Positions 36,385 through 48,839 of a stretch of DNA of 64,000 nt are shown here, piece by piece. Numbering within the stretch: the first letter of the stretch is position 1; the number at the start of each line of letters is the position of its first letter. The notes under the pieces were generated by a model. It made no database searches. It saw only the letters and a program-made list of their open reading frames with translations, and had not been told where the DNA came from. The stretch comes from Pristiophorus japonicus (taxonomy: Eukaryota). Both the position numbers and the translations under genes were made by a program. The stretch lies in NCBI RefSeq assembly GCF_044704955.1, contig NC_091989.1, positions 196,602,001 to 196,666,000 of the forward strand, written 5' to 3'.

Positions 36385-37465
36385 AAGCAAAAATTGATGG
36401 AATGCTGGCCTTTATATCTAGAGGACTAGAATACAAGGGGGTAGAAGTTATTCTGCAGTTTACAAAACCCTGGTTAGACCACACCTGGAGCACTGAGAGC
36501 AGTTCTGCGCACCACACCGCAAGAAGGATATATTGGCCTTGGAGGAGTGCAGCGAAGGTTTACCAGAATTATACCCAGACTCCAAGGGTTAAATCACAAG
36601 CAGAGATTACATAAATTAGAGTTGTATTCCCTGCAATTTAGAAGGTTAAGGGGTGATTTGATCGAAGTTTTCAAGATATTAATTGGAATTGATAGGGTAG
36701 ATAGAGAGAAATTATTCCCGCTGGTTGGGGATTCTAGGATTAGGAGGACATCGTCTAAAAGGATGGTAGAAGTTTGGAACACTCTCCCGCAAACAGCAGT
36801 TGATGCGAGATCAACTGTTAATTTTGAATCTCAGATTGACAGATTTTTGTTACCCAAAGGTATTATGGGATATGGGGCAATGACGGGTATATGGAGATAG
36901 GTCGCAGATGAGCCACGATCTCATTGAATGGTGTAACAGCCTCGAGGGGCTAAATGGCCTCCTCCTGTTCCTGTGTAACAGGCTCGAGGGGCTGAATGGC
37001 CTCCTCCTGTTCCTGTGTAACAGGCTCGAGGGGCTAAATGGCCTCCTCCTGTTCCTGTGTAACAGGCTCGAGGGGCTGAATGGCCTCCTCCTGTTCCTGT
37101 GTAACAGGCTCGAGGGGCTAAATGGCCTCCTCCTGTTCCTGTGTAACAGGCTCGAGGGGCTGAATGACCTACTCCTGTTCCTGTATAACAGGCTCGAGGG
37201 GCTGAATGGCCTCCTTCTGTTCCTGTATAACAGGCTCGAGGGGCTGAATGGCCTCCTTCTGTTCCTGTATAACAGGCTCGAGGGGCTGAATGGCCTACTC
37301 CTGTTCCGATATAACAGGCTTAAGGGGCTGAATGGACCTCTTCCTGTTCCTGTGTAACAGGCTCGAGGGGCTGAATGGCCTACTCCTGTATAACAGGCTC
37401 GAGGGGCTGAATGGCCTCCTCCTGTTCCTGTGTAACAGACTCGAGGGGCTGAATGGCCTCCTCCT
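36385..37465 (+). repeat. CR1 3' end whose terminal 42 bp is tandemly amplified (~36935-37465)
   Basis: About 12 units of GTAACAGGCTCGAGGGGCTGAATGGCCTCCTCCTGTTCCTGT directly after CR1 ORF2 end and 3' UTR. Confidence 0.92.
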
Positions 37466-37552
37466 ATACCTCTGTTGTTGCGTCCTTGCTGTGCGTCTCT
37501 GGCCTTTTCTATCTTTGTTTCAGGTTTGCAGCAGCTGGAGGAAGTTGCTTCT

Positions 37553-39035
37553 ACCCCATTGACCAGTCTCTCCCCTGCTGTCCCCATTGACCAGTCTCTC
37601 CCCTGCTGTCTCCATTAACCAGTCTCTCCCCTGCTGTTCCCATTACCCAGTCTCTCCCCTGTTGTCCCCATTAACCAGTCTCCCCCTGCAGTCCCCATTA
37701 GCCAGCCTGTCTCCATTAGCCAGTCGCTCCCCTGCTGTCCCCATTAACCAGTATCTCCCCTGGTTTTCCCATTAACCAGTCTCTCCCTGCTGTCTCCATT
37801 AACCAGTCTCCCCATTACCCAGTCTTGCCCCTGTTGTCCTGACAACAACAACTTGTATTTATATAGCGCCTTTAACATAATTAAAAGTCCCAAGGCGCTT
37901 CACAGGAGTATTATGAGACAAAAAATTTGACACCGAGCCACATAAGGAGAAGTTAGGGCAACGGACCAAAAGCTTGGTCAAAGAGGTAGATTTTAAGGAG
38001 CGTCTTAAAGGAGGAAAGAGAGGTAGAGAGGCGGAGGGGTTTAGGGAAGAAGTTCCAGAGCCAGGCTGCTGAAGGCACGGCCACCAATGGTTGAGCAGAT
38101 TATAATCAGGGATTCTCAAGAGCGCAGACATCTCGGGGGGGGGGGGGGGGGGGAGGGAGGGGAGGAGGGGTTGGAGGAGATTACAGAGATAGGGAGGGGC
38201 GAGGCCATGGAGAGATTCGTAAACAAGGATGAGAATTTTGAAATCGAGGCCTTGCTTAACCAGAAGCCAATGTAAACATAGAAACAGAAAATAGGTGCAG
38301 GAGTAGGCCATTCGGCCCTTTGAGCCTGCACCACCATTCAGTAAGATCATGGCTGATCATTCCTTCATGACCCCTTTCCTGCTTTCTCTCCATACCCATT
38401 GATCCCTTTCACCGTAAGGGCCATATCTAACTCCCTCTTGAATATATCCAATGAACTGGCATCAACAATTCTCTGCGGTAGGGAATTCCACAGGTTAACA
38501 ACTCTCTGAGTGAAAAAGTTTCTCCTCATCTCAGTCCTAAATGGCCTACCCCTTATCCTAAGACTGTGTCCCCTGGTTCTGGACTTCCCTAACATCGGGA
38601 ACATTCTTCCCGCATCTAACCTGTCCAATCCCGTCAGAATCTTATATGTTTCTATGCGATCCCCTCGCATCCTTCTAAACTCCAGTGTGTAAAGGCCCAA
38701 TTGATCCAGTCTCTCCTCATATGTCAGTCCGCCATCCCTGGAATCAGTCTGGTGAACCTTCGCTGTAGGTCAGCGAGCACAGGGTTGATGGGTGAGCGGG
38801 ACTTGGTGTGAGTTAGGACACGGGCAGCCAAGTTTTGGCTTGATAGATGACTGTTAACCAGTCTCCCCCTTGTTGTCCCCATTCACCAGTCTGCCCCCTT
38901 CTGTCCCCATTAACCAGTCGCCCCCCTTCTGTCCCCATTAACCAGTCTCCCCCTTCTGTCCCCATTAACCAGTCGCCTCCCTTCTGTCCCCATTAACCAG
39001 TCTCCTGCTGTTGTCCCCATTAGCCAGTCTCCCTG
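37553..39035. repeat. ~28-bp CCCATTAACCAGTCTCTCCCCTGCTGT minisatellite split by a nested L2/CR1 insertion (~37842-38850)
   Basis: Same unit on both sides; inside lie an L2 3' end (-) and a CR1 3' end (-, 38275-38766). Confidence 0.85.
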
Positions 39036-39114
39036 CAATGTTGTGTGTTGTGCTCAGGGCCCTGCGAGCCTCAGCCGGTACAGTATAACTCTGCTCTCCT
39101 TTGCCTGTCCGCAG

Positions 39115-40041
39115 ATCCTGAACCAGTATGACTCGTGGATCTCCTTCCTCAGCAGCGTGCGTTACTGGATGGCCTTTAACGTGGAGCGGGCCTGTCAGTC
39201 CTACTTCGGCTGTGTGCAGTGCATCAGTGGGCCGCTGGGCATGTACCGTAACCCGCTGCTGCGCATCTTCCTGCACGACTGGTACAGCCAGCAGTTCCTG
39301 GGCTCCAAGTGCAGCTTCGGAGACGACCGGCACCTCACCAACCGAGTGCTAGGCCTGGGCTTCAAGACCAAGTACACGGCCCGCTCCCGCTGCCTGACCG
39401 AAACCCCGAGCCGCTACGTCCGCTGGCTCAACCAGCAGACCCGCTGGAGCAAGTCCTACTTCCGCGAGTGGCTGTACGGCGCGCTCTGTTTCCACAAGCA
39501 CCATCCCTGGATGACCTACGAGGCCGTGGTCAGCGGCTTCTTCCCCTTCTTCCTGACGGTCACCGTACTGCAGCTCTTCTACCGAGGCCGGCTGTGGAAC
39601 ATCCTGCTCTTCCTGCTGGCGGTGCAAGGAGTGGGGGTGCTGAAGGCTGGCTTCGCCTGCCTGCTCCGGGGCTCAGCACAAATGCTCTTCCTGTCCCTCT
39701 ACTCGCTTCTCTACATGACCAGCCTGCTGCCAGCCAAACTCTTCGCCCTGCTCACCATAAACCGGCCTGGCTGGGGCACCTCGGGCCGCCGCAGGCTGGT
39801 GGTTAACCTGGTGGGCCTGTTGCCCGTCTCGGTCTGGTTCGCGGTGCTGGCCGGGGGTCTGGGCTACACCATCTACCGGGAGAGCCGGCAGCCGCTGCCC
39901 GACACCGAGCGGCCTTTCCTCATCATCGGCTCTGCCGTCTACGCCTGTTACTGGCTGCTGCTGCTCGCCCTCTACCTGGGCATCGTGGCCAAGCCCTGCA
40001 GCCGCAAGCAGCACTGTGACCTGGCCTTCCTGGAGGCCTGA
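39115..40041 (+). CDS. HAS3: Hyaluronan synthase 3, last coding exon (308 aa + stop)
   Basis: CCGCAG|[14 protein letters not shown]...ERACQS...SGPLG.YR...GDDRHLTN...QQTRW...WGTSGRR, transmembrane helices, C-terminal LAFLEA*. Total 550 aa. Confidence 0.97.
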   Translation: MLNQYDSWISFLSSVRYWMAFNVERACQSYFGCVQCISGPLGMYRNPLLRIFLHDWYSQQFLGSKCSFGDDRHLTNRVLGLGFKTKYTARSRCLTETPSRYVRWLNQQTRWSKSYFREWLYGALCFHKHHPWMTYEAVVSGFFPFFLTVTVLQLFYRGRLWNILLFLLAVQGVGVLKAGFACLLRGSAQMLFLSLYSLLYMTSLLPAKLFALLTINRPGWGTSGRRRLVVNLVGLLPVSVWFAVLAGGLGYTIYRESRQPLPDTERPFLIIGSAVYACYWLLLLALYLGIVAKPCSRKQHCDLAFLEA

Positions 40042-40464
40042 GCCCCCGCCCACTTCCCCCCGCCCACTTCCCCTCGCCCACTCCCCACCCCGCCCACTTC
40101 CCCTCGCCTGCTCCCCCCGCCCACTCCCACCCAGCCTGCTGCCACCCACTCCCGCCCCAGGACTGCCAATTCCACCCTACCCCCCCCCCCCCCCCACTGT
40201 GGGACTGCCCACTCCCTCCACACCGCAATTGCCCGCTCATATTGCGACTGCCCACCCCGCCATCCAAACGCACAGCGGCCTAGGAACCGCCCACGCCCCC
40301 GGCAGTACCTGCGGGATCTGCTGCCCACCACCGCTCTCGCCACCAGCAGGCCCCCCGCTGCCTGGGCCCAGAGTCGGGTTTTATTCTAAATTAATAAACA
40401 AAAACTGTAAAAAGAAATTAAAGAGCCAACGGCATTGAGCAATATTTCTACAGCTGCGTCGGTG

Positions 40465-40845
40465 GGAGTTAGCACCCTCGGGTGGGGGGGTGTGGGTGAG
40501 AGTTAGCACTAGCACCCTAGGGTGGGATGTGGGTGTTAGCACCCTAAGATAGGGGTGTGGCTGAGTTATCACCCTAGGGTGGGGTCTGGGTGAGTTCGCA
40601 TCCTACGGTGGGGCCTGGGTGAGTTAGCATCCTCGGGTAGGGTCTGGGTGAGTTAGCACCCTATGGTGGGGTCTGGGTGAGTTATCACCCTAGGGTGGGG
40701 TCTGGGTGAGTTAGCACCCTAGGGTGGGGTCTGGGTGAATTCGCATCCTACGGTGGGGCCTGGGTGAGTTAGCATCCTCGGGTAGGGTCTGGGTGAGTTA
40801 GCACCCTAGGGTGGGGTCTGGGTGAGTTAGCACCCTAGGGTGGGG
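40465..40845. repeat. 29-bp minisatellite GGGTGAGTTAGCACCCTAGGGTGGGGTCT
   Basis: About 12 units between two candidate HAS3 poly(A) signals. Confidence 0.9.
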
Positions 40846-41353
40846 GTGTGTATAGAGGGTTAGTATTGAACAGGTGCTGCTGTTCAGAGCTGGTTGCTGA
40901 CACAGCTCCTAAACCTTTATGTTCAAGTCTATTTGCATATTAATGCGGAGCCTCAGCCTGGTTTTGCTGATGTCCCACAGGCTCTTGTACGGAGAGAAAC
41001 TCCTCGTTCCTGGGGAAACGAGTCACTGACAGCAGCCTCATGTTTACAATATTGATCAGTTTTTCGAAAATGTAAATAATTTTATTTTTGTATGAATGTA
41101 TTTGTCAGATTCTGTATTTAATTATCCACCTGCGCCTACCTTACTGCAGGTGGACAGATTTTAACTGAAAACATTGCACACATTCGCGGTGAGAGGCCCG
41201 GGTAAATATTTGTGTGGTTTACTTCTGGGTGACTGTTGGGGCGACGGTGATCGTATTCCTGCCCGAGGTTCGTAACCAAAACCTCTATTTATTTTTTACA
41301 ATCACTTTGGGGTTTTTAATTCTTCTGATGTTTTTTTTATGAACTTTTATCAA

Positions 41354-41359
41354 AATAAA
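41354..41359 (+). terminator. Candidate distal HAS3 poly(A) signal (proximal candidate AATAAA at 40393-40398)
   Basis: AATAAA after an AU-rich unique stretch (41040-41350). Confidence 0.5.
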
Positions 41360-42517
41360 GATTTAATACCTGAAGCTTGCTGTCGGCGTGTCCAGTCCAT
41401 GTGTTGGAATCATCAACGCGATCAACTCTGAACTGCTGCCAAAACAAAAGATGCTGGAAATATTATTCAGCGGGTCAGGCAGCATCTGTGGGGAAAGATG
41501 AAACGTTAACGCCAGAACTTCCTGTAGACTTGTGCCCTCCGAATCTTACAATCTACATTGTAGGACCCGCTTTACAGCGCGCAAGTCCCAGGAAATTATG
41601 GAGTAAATTGCTTACGCAACATCATAATTCCCTGGGACTTCTGCGCTTATCCACTATTTCCCTGAATAGTTAGAATCATGCCTCTCCCAAATCACATGGC
41701 TCTGGTTGGGGTGGAGTGTAAAATGTTGCAGTGCAGGGGGTGTCGCAGTTGTGTGAGAGACGGACTGGTCGGGCCAGATGCTCTTTACCTTTCCGCCATT
41801 GTTCATTGGTTTACATGTAACCTTCAGGGCTGCTGACCGAGGGCCGTGCGGCTCTTTGTCGGCCGGTGCGGACACGATGGGTCGAAATGGCCTCCTTCTT
41901 CGCCGTAGATTTCGATGTTTCTATAAAATGATACAGCACAGGAGGCCAGTCAGCCCAGCCTGCTTGTAACGGCTCTGAGAGAGCTATTCAATTAGTCCCA
42001 CTTCCCTGCTCCTTCCCCACAACCCTGCAATTTTTCAACTTCAAGTATTTATCCAATTCCCCTTTGAAAGTTATTAATTGAATCTGCTTCCATTACCCTT
42101 TCAGGCAGCCAGTGGCAGGAGGGTTGGTAACCAGAGGGCACAGATTTAAGATGATTCCCTCTATTTACTCGATCAAAACCCTTCATGATTTTGAACACCT
42201 CGTCAAATCTCTTCTTAACCTTCTCTGCTCCAAGGAGAACAATCCCAGCTTCTCCAGTCTCTCCACATAACTGAAGTCTTTCCTCCCTGGAACCATTGTA
42301 GTAAATCTCCTCTGCACCCTCCCCAAGGCCTTAACATCTTTCCTAAAGTGTGGTGCCCAGAATTAGACACAATACTTCAGCTAGGGCCGAACTCGTGTTT
42401 ATATACGTTTAACTTCTTTGCTTTTATACCGTATGCTTCTATTAATAAAGCTAAGGATCCCATATGATTTTTTAAACTGGGGATATGGTAGCATTTTGGT
42501 TATGTTACTGGCACGTT

Positions 42518-42968
42518 GGGCCCAAGTTTCCACATGATTTGCGCCTGATTTTTAGGAGCAACTGGTGGAGAACGGACTATCTTAGAAATCGCAATTCTCC
42601 ACATTTTTTTTTCTGCAGTTCTAGTCAGGTAGAACAGTTCTACTTTGGAACAGAATTTTTTCTTCAAAAGGGGGCGTGTCCGGCCACTGACGCCTGATTT
42701 GAAAGTTTCCACAGTGAAAACGTACTCCAAACTAAAGTAGAATGGAGCAAGTGAAGATTTTTGTAGAACTGAAAAAACCTATTCTACACATTAAAAAATC
42801 AGGCGCAGGTTACAAATTAGGCGTCCAGAACGAGGTGGGGGGGGGAGGGGAAGGGAAGTCATTAAATTCTATAATAAATCCTTATTTATACTTATACAAA
42901 TATTATACAAATAAATCCAACCTGAATAAACATTTATAAGCAAAGAAAAGATTAAATAAACCACTTAC
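42518..42968. mobile_element. One arm of a Harbinger-like element related to 17483-18847
   Basis: GGGCCCAAGTTTC terminus and TTTTAGGAGCAACT...ATCTTAGAAATCGCAATTCTC match the reverse complement of the right arm of 17483-18847. Confidence 0.65.
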
Positions 42969-44080
42969 CAATAACTTGCTCACCGATTCTCAGTTTCGGT
43001 TCCACCAGGACCACTCGGTTCCAGACCTCATTACAGCCTTGGTCCAAACATGGGAAAAAGAACTCCATTCCAGAGGTGAGGTGAGAGTGACTGCCCTTTA
43101 CATCAAGGCAGCATTTGACTAAGTGTGGCATCAAGGAGCCCGAGTAAAACTGAAGTCAATGGGAATCAGTGGGAAAACTCTCCACTGGCTGGAGTCATAC
43201 CTAGCACAAAGGAAGATGGTTGTGGTTGTTGGAGACCAATCATCTCAGCCCTAGGACATCGCTGCAGGAATTCCTCAGGTCAGTGTCCTAGGCCCAACCA
43301 TCTTCAGCCTCTTCATCAATGACCTTCCCTCCATCATAAAGTCAGATGTGCGGATGTTCGCTGATGATTGCACAGTGTTCAGTTCCATTCGCACCTCATC
43401 AGATAATGAAGTAGTCCGTGTCCGCATGGAGCAAGACCAGGACAACATTCAGGCTTGGGCTGATAAGTGGCAAGTAACATTCGCGCCACACAAGAGCCAA
43501 GCAATGACCATCTCCAACAAGCAATGACCATCTCCAACAAGCGAGAGTTTAACCACCTCTCCTTGACATCTAACGATATTGCCATCGCTGAATCGCCCAC
43601 CATCAACATCCTAGGGGTCACCATTGACCAGAAACTTAACTGGGCTAGCCACATAAATACTGTGGCAACAAGAGCAGTTCAGAGGCTGGGTATTCTTCGG
43701 CGAGTGTCTCACCTCCTGACCCCAAAGCCTTTCTAACATCTACAAGGCACAAGTCAGGAGTATGATGGAATATCCTCCACTTGCCTGGTGAGTGCAGCTC
43801 CAACAACACTCGAGAAGCTTGATACCATCCAGGACAAAGCAGCCTGCTTGATTGGCACCCCATCCACCATCTTCAACATTCACTCCCTCCACCACCAGCG
43901 CACCGTGGCTGCAGTCTGTACCATCTACAAGATGCACTGCAGCAACTCGCCAAGGCTTCTTCAACAGCACCTCCCAAACCCGCGACTTCTACCACCTAGA
44001 AGGACAAGGGCAGCAGGTGCTTGGGAACACCACCACCTCCACGTTCCCCTCCAAGTCACACACCATCCTGACTTGGAACT
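42965..44080 (+). mobile_element. CR1-group LINE, second family, RT and 3' region
   Basis: IPQVSVLGP, MFADD, ILGVTIDQKLNW and IHSLHHQRTVAAV; homologous to 8700-10200. Confidence 0.8.
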
Positions 44081-44668
44081 AAATTAGGAGCAGGAGTATG
44101 ACGTACGGCCCCTCGAGCCTGCTCCGCCATTCAATAAGATCAAGGTTGATCATCAACCTCAACTGCACTTTCCCACCCGATCTCCATATCCCCACTTTGA
44201 CCAAGCTTTTGGTCATCTGCCCTAATTTCTCATTATCTGGCTTGGTGTCAAATTTTTGTCTTATAACACTCCTGTGAAATGCCTTGGGACGTTTTACTAT
44301 GTTAAAGGTGCTATATAAATACAAGCTGTTGCTGTTAAATGGCCGATTCTTTATCCTGAGACTATACTCCCAGCTCGAGACTCTCCAGCCAGGGGATACC
44401 GCTCATCATCTACTCTGTCAATCCCCTTCAGAATGTTATCTGTTTCAATGAGATCACTTCTCATTCTTCTCAACTCCAGAGAGTATAGGCCCAATCTACT
44501 CAATCCCTCTTGCTAGGACAACTTTCCCATCCCAGCAATCAATTTTTCTATCCCTTAGCCAATTTCATATCCATGTAGCCACGTTAATCTGATGGGCTTC
44601 AATTTTGCTAACAAGTCTATTATGTCGTGGTTTTCCGAATGCTTTTAGCAAGTCCATATACACATCAA

Positions 44669-45265
44669 GATTATCTGGCTATCTCGTTTCACAATGTGGC
44701 AACAAAAATAAGTCAACAAGTATGAATCACACATCCTGCAAGCTACATCCTGAACCTCAGCAGAAGCTAAACAGCACAGTCAGCTAAATTGTACCCCGAC
44801 ATGGACGTCACCATAACCCAGGTCGTGATTGGAGCGTGGGTAGGTACAGAAGGAGCGGCGAGGTCAGGGTGCAGGAGCGCCGAGAGATTGCAAAGAGATG
44901 TGATTGGGGCCAGGAGAAGAGTGACTTCGGGGCCCAGAAGAGGCGTGGGCCCAGGGGCAGCACGGGCCCAGCCCACACTGCGATATGTGCGCGCACTAGG
45001 TCCATGCAGCAGAGCTGGTCTCCAGTCGTCTTGGTTAACCCTTGCCACTAGACCAAGACCTAGCTCTGTCAAGACCAGGTGGTGGCTGGTGTGCAACAGT
45101 CACCACACATTAAAAAAATCCAAGCACAGGCATCTTCCACCCTTCAACATATAGTTCGGGACCTGGAATATTAGGTCCTTCATTGAAACATCTGTGAACT
45201 CATTGAACACATCCCTTTTTGGCGTGGAAGCAAATCATCTTCGATTCGAGGGACTGCCGAAGAAG
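44669..45265 (+). mobile_element. Short RTE-tailed retroelement with ~130 bp extra 5' sequence
   Basis: 11-bp TSD ATACACATCAA (44658-44668 / 45266-45276) inside a CR1; body homologous to 733-1140; tail GAGGGACTGCC(GAA)n. Confidence 0.75.
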
Positions 45266-46119
45266 ATACACATCAACTGCACTATCCTCATTAATCCCCT
45301 CTGTTCCTTCAGCAAAGTTATCTATAACGGCCCAGATTTTGCGGGAGTGGGGCATCTCGCGGTGAGCCCCGTTAGTTTGACTTTTTCCCTCACTCTTCAG
45401 CTCGGCAATGTTTTGGCCTGTGAGTTGCTGGAATTGCGAGCTGATAAAGGTACGGCGAGGGCAACAGAGCATCTGGGACCTCGGTGAACGACCAACAGTG
45501 TCTCTTCTTAACCAATGAGATTTAAAGATTAAGAAAGAAACAGAGGAACGATGGAGAAGGAAATTGGGTGAATTAAGAGTCAAACCAGAAACAGAAAGAC
45601 GAATAAAGAGGGAAAGAAAGATTGGATTGAGAAAAAAAAGAGAAAGGAGAAGTTTAAAAAAAATTAACATTTAAAAAATCTCTTAACAGTTTGGTGAGTG
45701 AGATATTTTAGGGCAAGTTCACGGCGTCACTGCTTTCTTTCACGCATTTTGCTCGAATGGTGGAGTAGGCTCAAAGGGCCGTATGGCCTACTCCTCATTC
45801 TTATGAAGTCCAAGGGCAGAACATGAGCTGATGGATGAAAAGGAAACCTTTAACCTTTCTTGTGCTATTTAACATTTGCTTGAAAAGCTTCACTTTAGAG
45901 TAGGCGAGATCTCGGGTTGTAAATCCACTCCCACTAAATTTAAATCAGTTTGGACAAGACTTTTTAATAAGATTTAATTTGCAGTGATGGAGCTGTTTAA
46001 GACTCTCCCTGGACTTCTTTCTATTGCATTAAATTGGAATATGATCGCGCTGAGCAGCAGGACTGGTTCTCAGTAATAAGTCTCTGGCTGCTGTTCAGGC
46101 ACTGGATTTTGTCTAAAAA

Positions 46120-46915
46120 AAAGAAAGCCTTGCATTTATATAGCGCCTTTCACTACCACCGGACGTCCAACATGCTTCACAGTTAATGAAGTACTTGTTT
46201 TTGCAGTATAATCAATGTTGTAATGTAGGGAACACTATAGCCAATTTGCGCACATCAAGCTCCCACAACAGCAATGTGATAATCTGTTTAACTGATGCTG
46301 ATTGAGGGATAAGTATTGTCCAGGGCAGCGGGAATAACGCCCCTGCTCTTCTTCAAAATAGTACCACAGAATCTTTTACGTCCACCTGAGAGAGCAGACG
46401 GGACCTCAGCTTAATGTCTTATTCGAAAATTGGCACCTCCAACAGTGCAGCTCTCCCTCCGTACTGACTCTCCGACAGTACAGCACTCCTTCAGTACTGT
46501 CCATCTGACAGTGCAGCACTCTCTCAGTACTGCCCCTCCAACAGTGCAGCACTCCGACAGTACTGTTCCTCCAACAGTGCAGCACTCCCACGGTACTGCC
46601 CGCCCGCCAGTGCAGCGCTCCCTCAGTACTGCCCCTCTGACAGTGCAGCACTCCCTCATTACTGCCGCTCTGACAGTGCAGCGTTCCCTCAGTACTGCCC
46701 CTCTGACAGTGCAGCACTCCCTCAGTACTGCCCCTCTGACAGTGCAGCGCTCCCTCAGTACTGCCCCTCTGACAGTGCAGCACTCCCTCAGGACTGCCGC
46801 TCCGATAGTGCAGCGTTCCCTCAGTACTGCCGCTCCGACAGTGCAGTGTTCCCTCAGTACTGCCCCTCTGATAGTGCAGCACTCCCTCAGTACTGCGGCT
46901 TCGACAGTGCAGCGG
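46120..46915 (-). mobile_element. Deu-domain SINE with a 33-bp internal segment tandemly amplified (46435-46915)
   Basis: SINE tail and body at 46120-46440, then ~14 units of GACAGTGCAGCACTCCCTCAGTACTGCCCCTCT. Confidence 0.88.
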
Positions 46916-47790
46916 AGCCATACGGCCCCTTGAGCCTGCTCCACCATTCAATAGGATCATGGCTGATCTTTGACCTCAACTCCACTTTCCCACCCGATTT
47001 CCATAGGCTGAAAAACGTTTTCGGCCGGCAGACACAATGGGTCGAATGGCCTCCTTCTGTGCCATAAATTTATGATTCTATCCCTTGATTCCCTTAGTCT
47101 AAATATCTATCTATCTCAGCCTTGAATATACTCAACAATTCAGCATTCACAGCCCTTTGGGGTAGATAATTCCAAAGATTCACAACCTTCTGAATGAAGA
47201 GATTCTTCCTCATCTCAGTCCTAAATGGCGGACCCCTTATCCTGAGACTATGCCTCCTAGTCTTAGACTCTCCAGCCCGGGGAAACAACCTCTTAGCATC
47301 TATCCTGTCAATCCCCCACAGCATCTTATATGTTTCAATGAGATCACCTTTCATTCTTCTAAACACGAGAGAGTATAGACCCAATCTACTCAGTCTCTCC
47401 TCATAGGGCAACCCTCTCATCCCAGGAATCAATCTAATGAATCTTTGTTGTACTGCCTCTAAGGCAAGTTTATTCTTCCTGAGATAAGGAGACCAAAACT
47501 GTGCAGTGCTCCAGCTGTGGTCTCACCAAAGCCCTGTACAATTGGAGCAAGACTAGCTTACTTTTGTACTCCAACCCCATTTCAATAAAGGCCAACTTGC
47601 AATTTGCCTTCCTAATTTCTTGCTGCACCTACATGCTAACTCTGTTTCCTGTAAGAGGACACCCAAATCTCTCTGAACACCAACATTTAATAGTTTCTCA
47701 CCATTTAAAAAATATTCTGTTTTTCTATTCTTCCTACCAAAGTCAATAACCTCACATTTCCCCCATTATACTCCATCTGCCACATTCTTA
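46915..47790 (-). mobile_element. CR1 3' portion
   Basis: IPGMRGLPYEERLSRLGLYSL...RTEMRKNLF ORF at 47094-47432. Confidence 0.9.
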
Positions 47791-48839
47791 GATGGAGTTA
47801 AGATATAGATCATGATCTCATTGAATGGCAGAACAGGCTCGAGGAATTGCCTCCTCAGTTACCATTGCGAATGTAATAAAATCTTCAACCACCACAACCC
47901 TTCAGGTCAAGGTCTGCTTTTAAAAGTTATCTTTATCCACAACTTTCAAAGAACTGGCACAGGAATGATGTCTTATGTGCTGTATCATCTTAAGATCATC
48001 TTAGCACAAGGAAATCAAAGGGAGATAGAGGATCAGGACATGATGCACCAGATACAGCGACCTGAAATGGCTGATTCACAGCACTGTTAATGCTGCCGTC
48101 TCATATCATGTGTAATGAAAGGTGAAGGAGAGTGTGTTTGTTTCTGCTGGATTTTGAGTAACTATTCCCTGATCCCCTCCGTAGTATTTTACAGGTCATT
48201 TTGTGTCGTGTCTGTGGCCGTTTTTTCCCATTTTGATTGTTCTGTTCCTTCTCAGATGCTGTTTATCTGAAAGACCTTTGATTTTAGAACATAAATTAGG
48301 AGCAGGGGTAAGCCATTCGGCCTCTCAAGCCTGCTCCGCCATTCAATGAGATCATGGCTGATCTTCGACCTCAACTGTACTATCCCCATAAATGTTGATT
48401 CCCTTAATATCCAAAAATCTATCGAACTCTGTCTTGAATATACTCCACAGCCCTCTAGGGTAGAGAATTTCAGAGATTCACCACACTCTGAGTGAAGAGG
48501 TTTCTCCTCATCTCAGTCCTAAATGTCCGACACCTTATTCTGAGATGCAGTAACTTGCAAGCACAGTGAGGTCAAAGATTGTTTTTTTGACAGAGGTGAT
48601 GACAGCGGATTTGAAGGAGAGAGGGACCGTACCAAAGACTGTTAACAATGTCAGCTAACATGAGAGTCATAAAAGGAAGTTGGGTGGTCAGCAGTTTAGT
48701 GGGAATAAGGTTAAGGGAGGAGGAAGTGGGTCTCATGGACCAGATGAGTGTAGAGAGATCAAGAGGGGAGATCAGAGAAAAACTGGAGAAAGATGTGAGT
48801 TTAGGGCTAGGCCAGGGGGAAACCTCAGAGTTGGTTGGC

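Noticed and set aside
36908-37357. Apparent leucine-rich-repeat ORF (NRLEGLNGLLLFLC)n
   Set aside because: The unit is the CR1 3' tail amplified in tandem; the 14-aa period does not fit LRR architecture.
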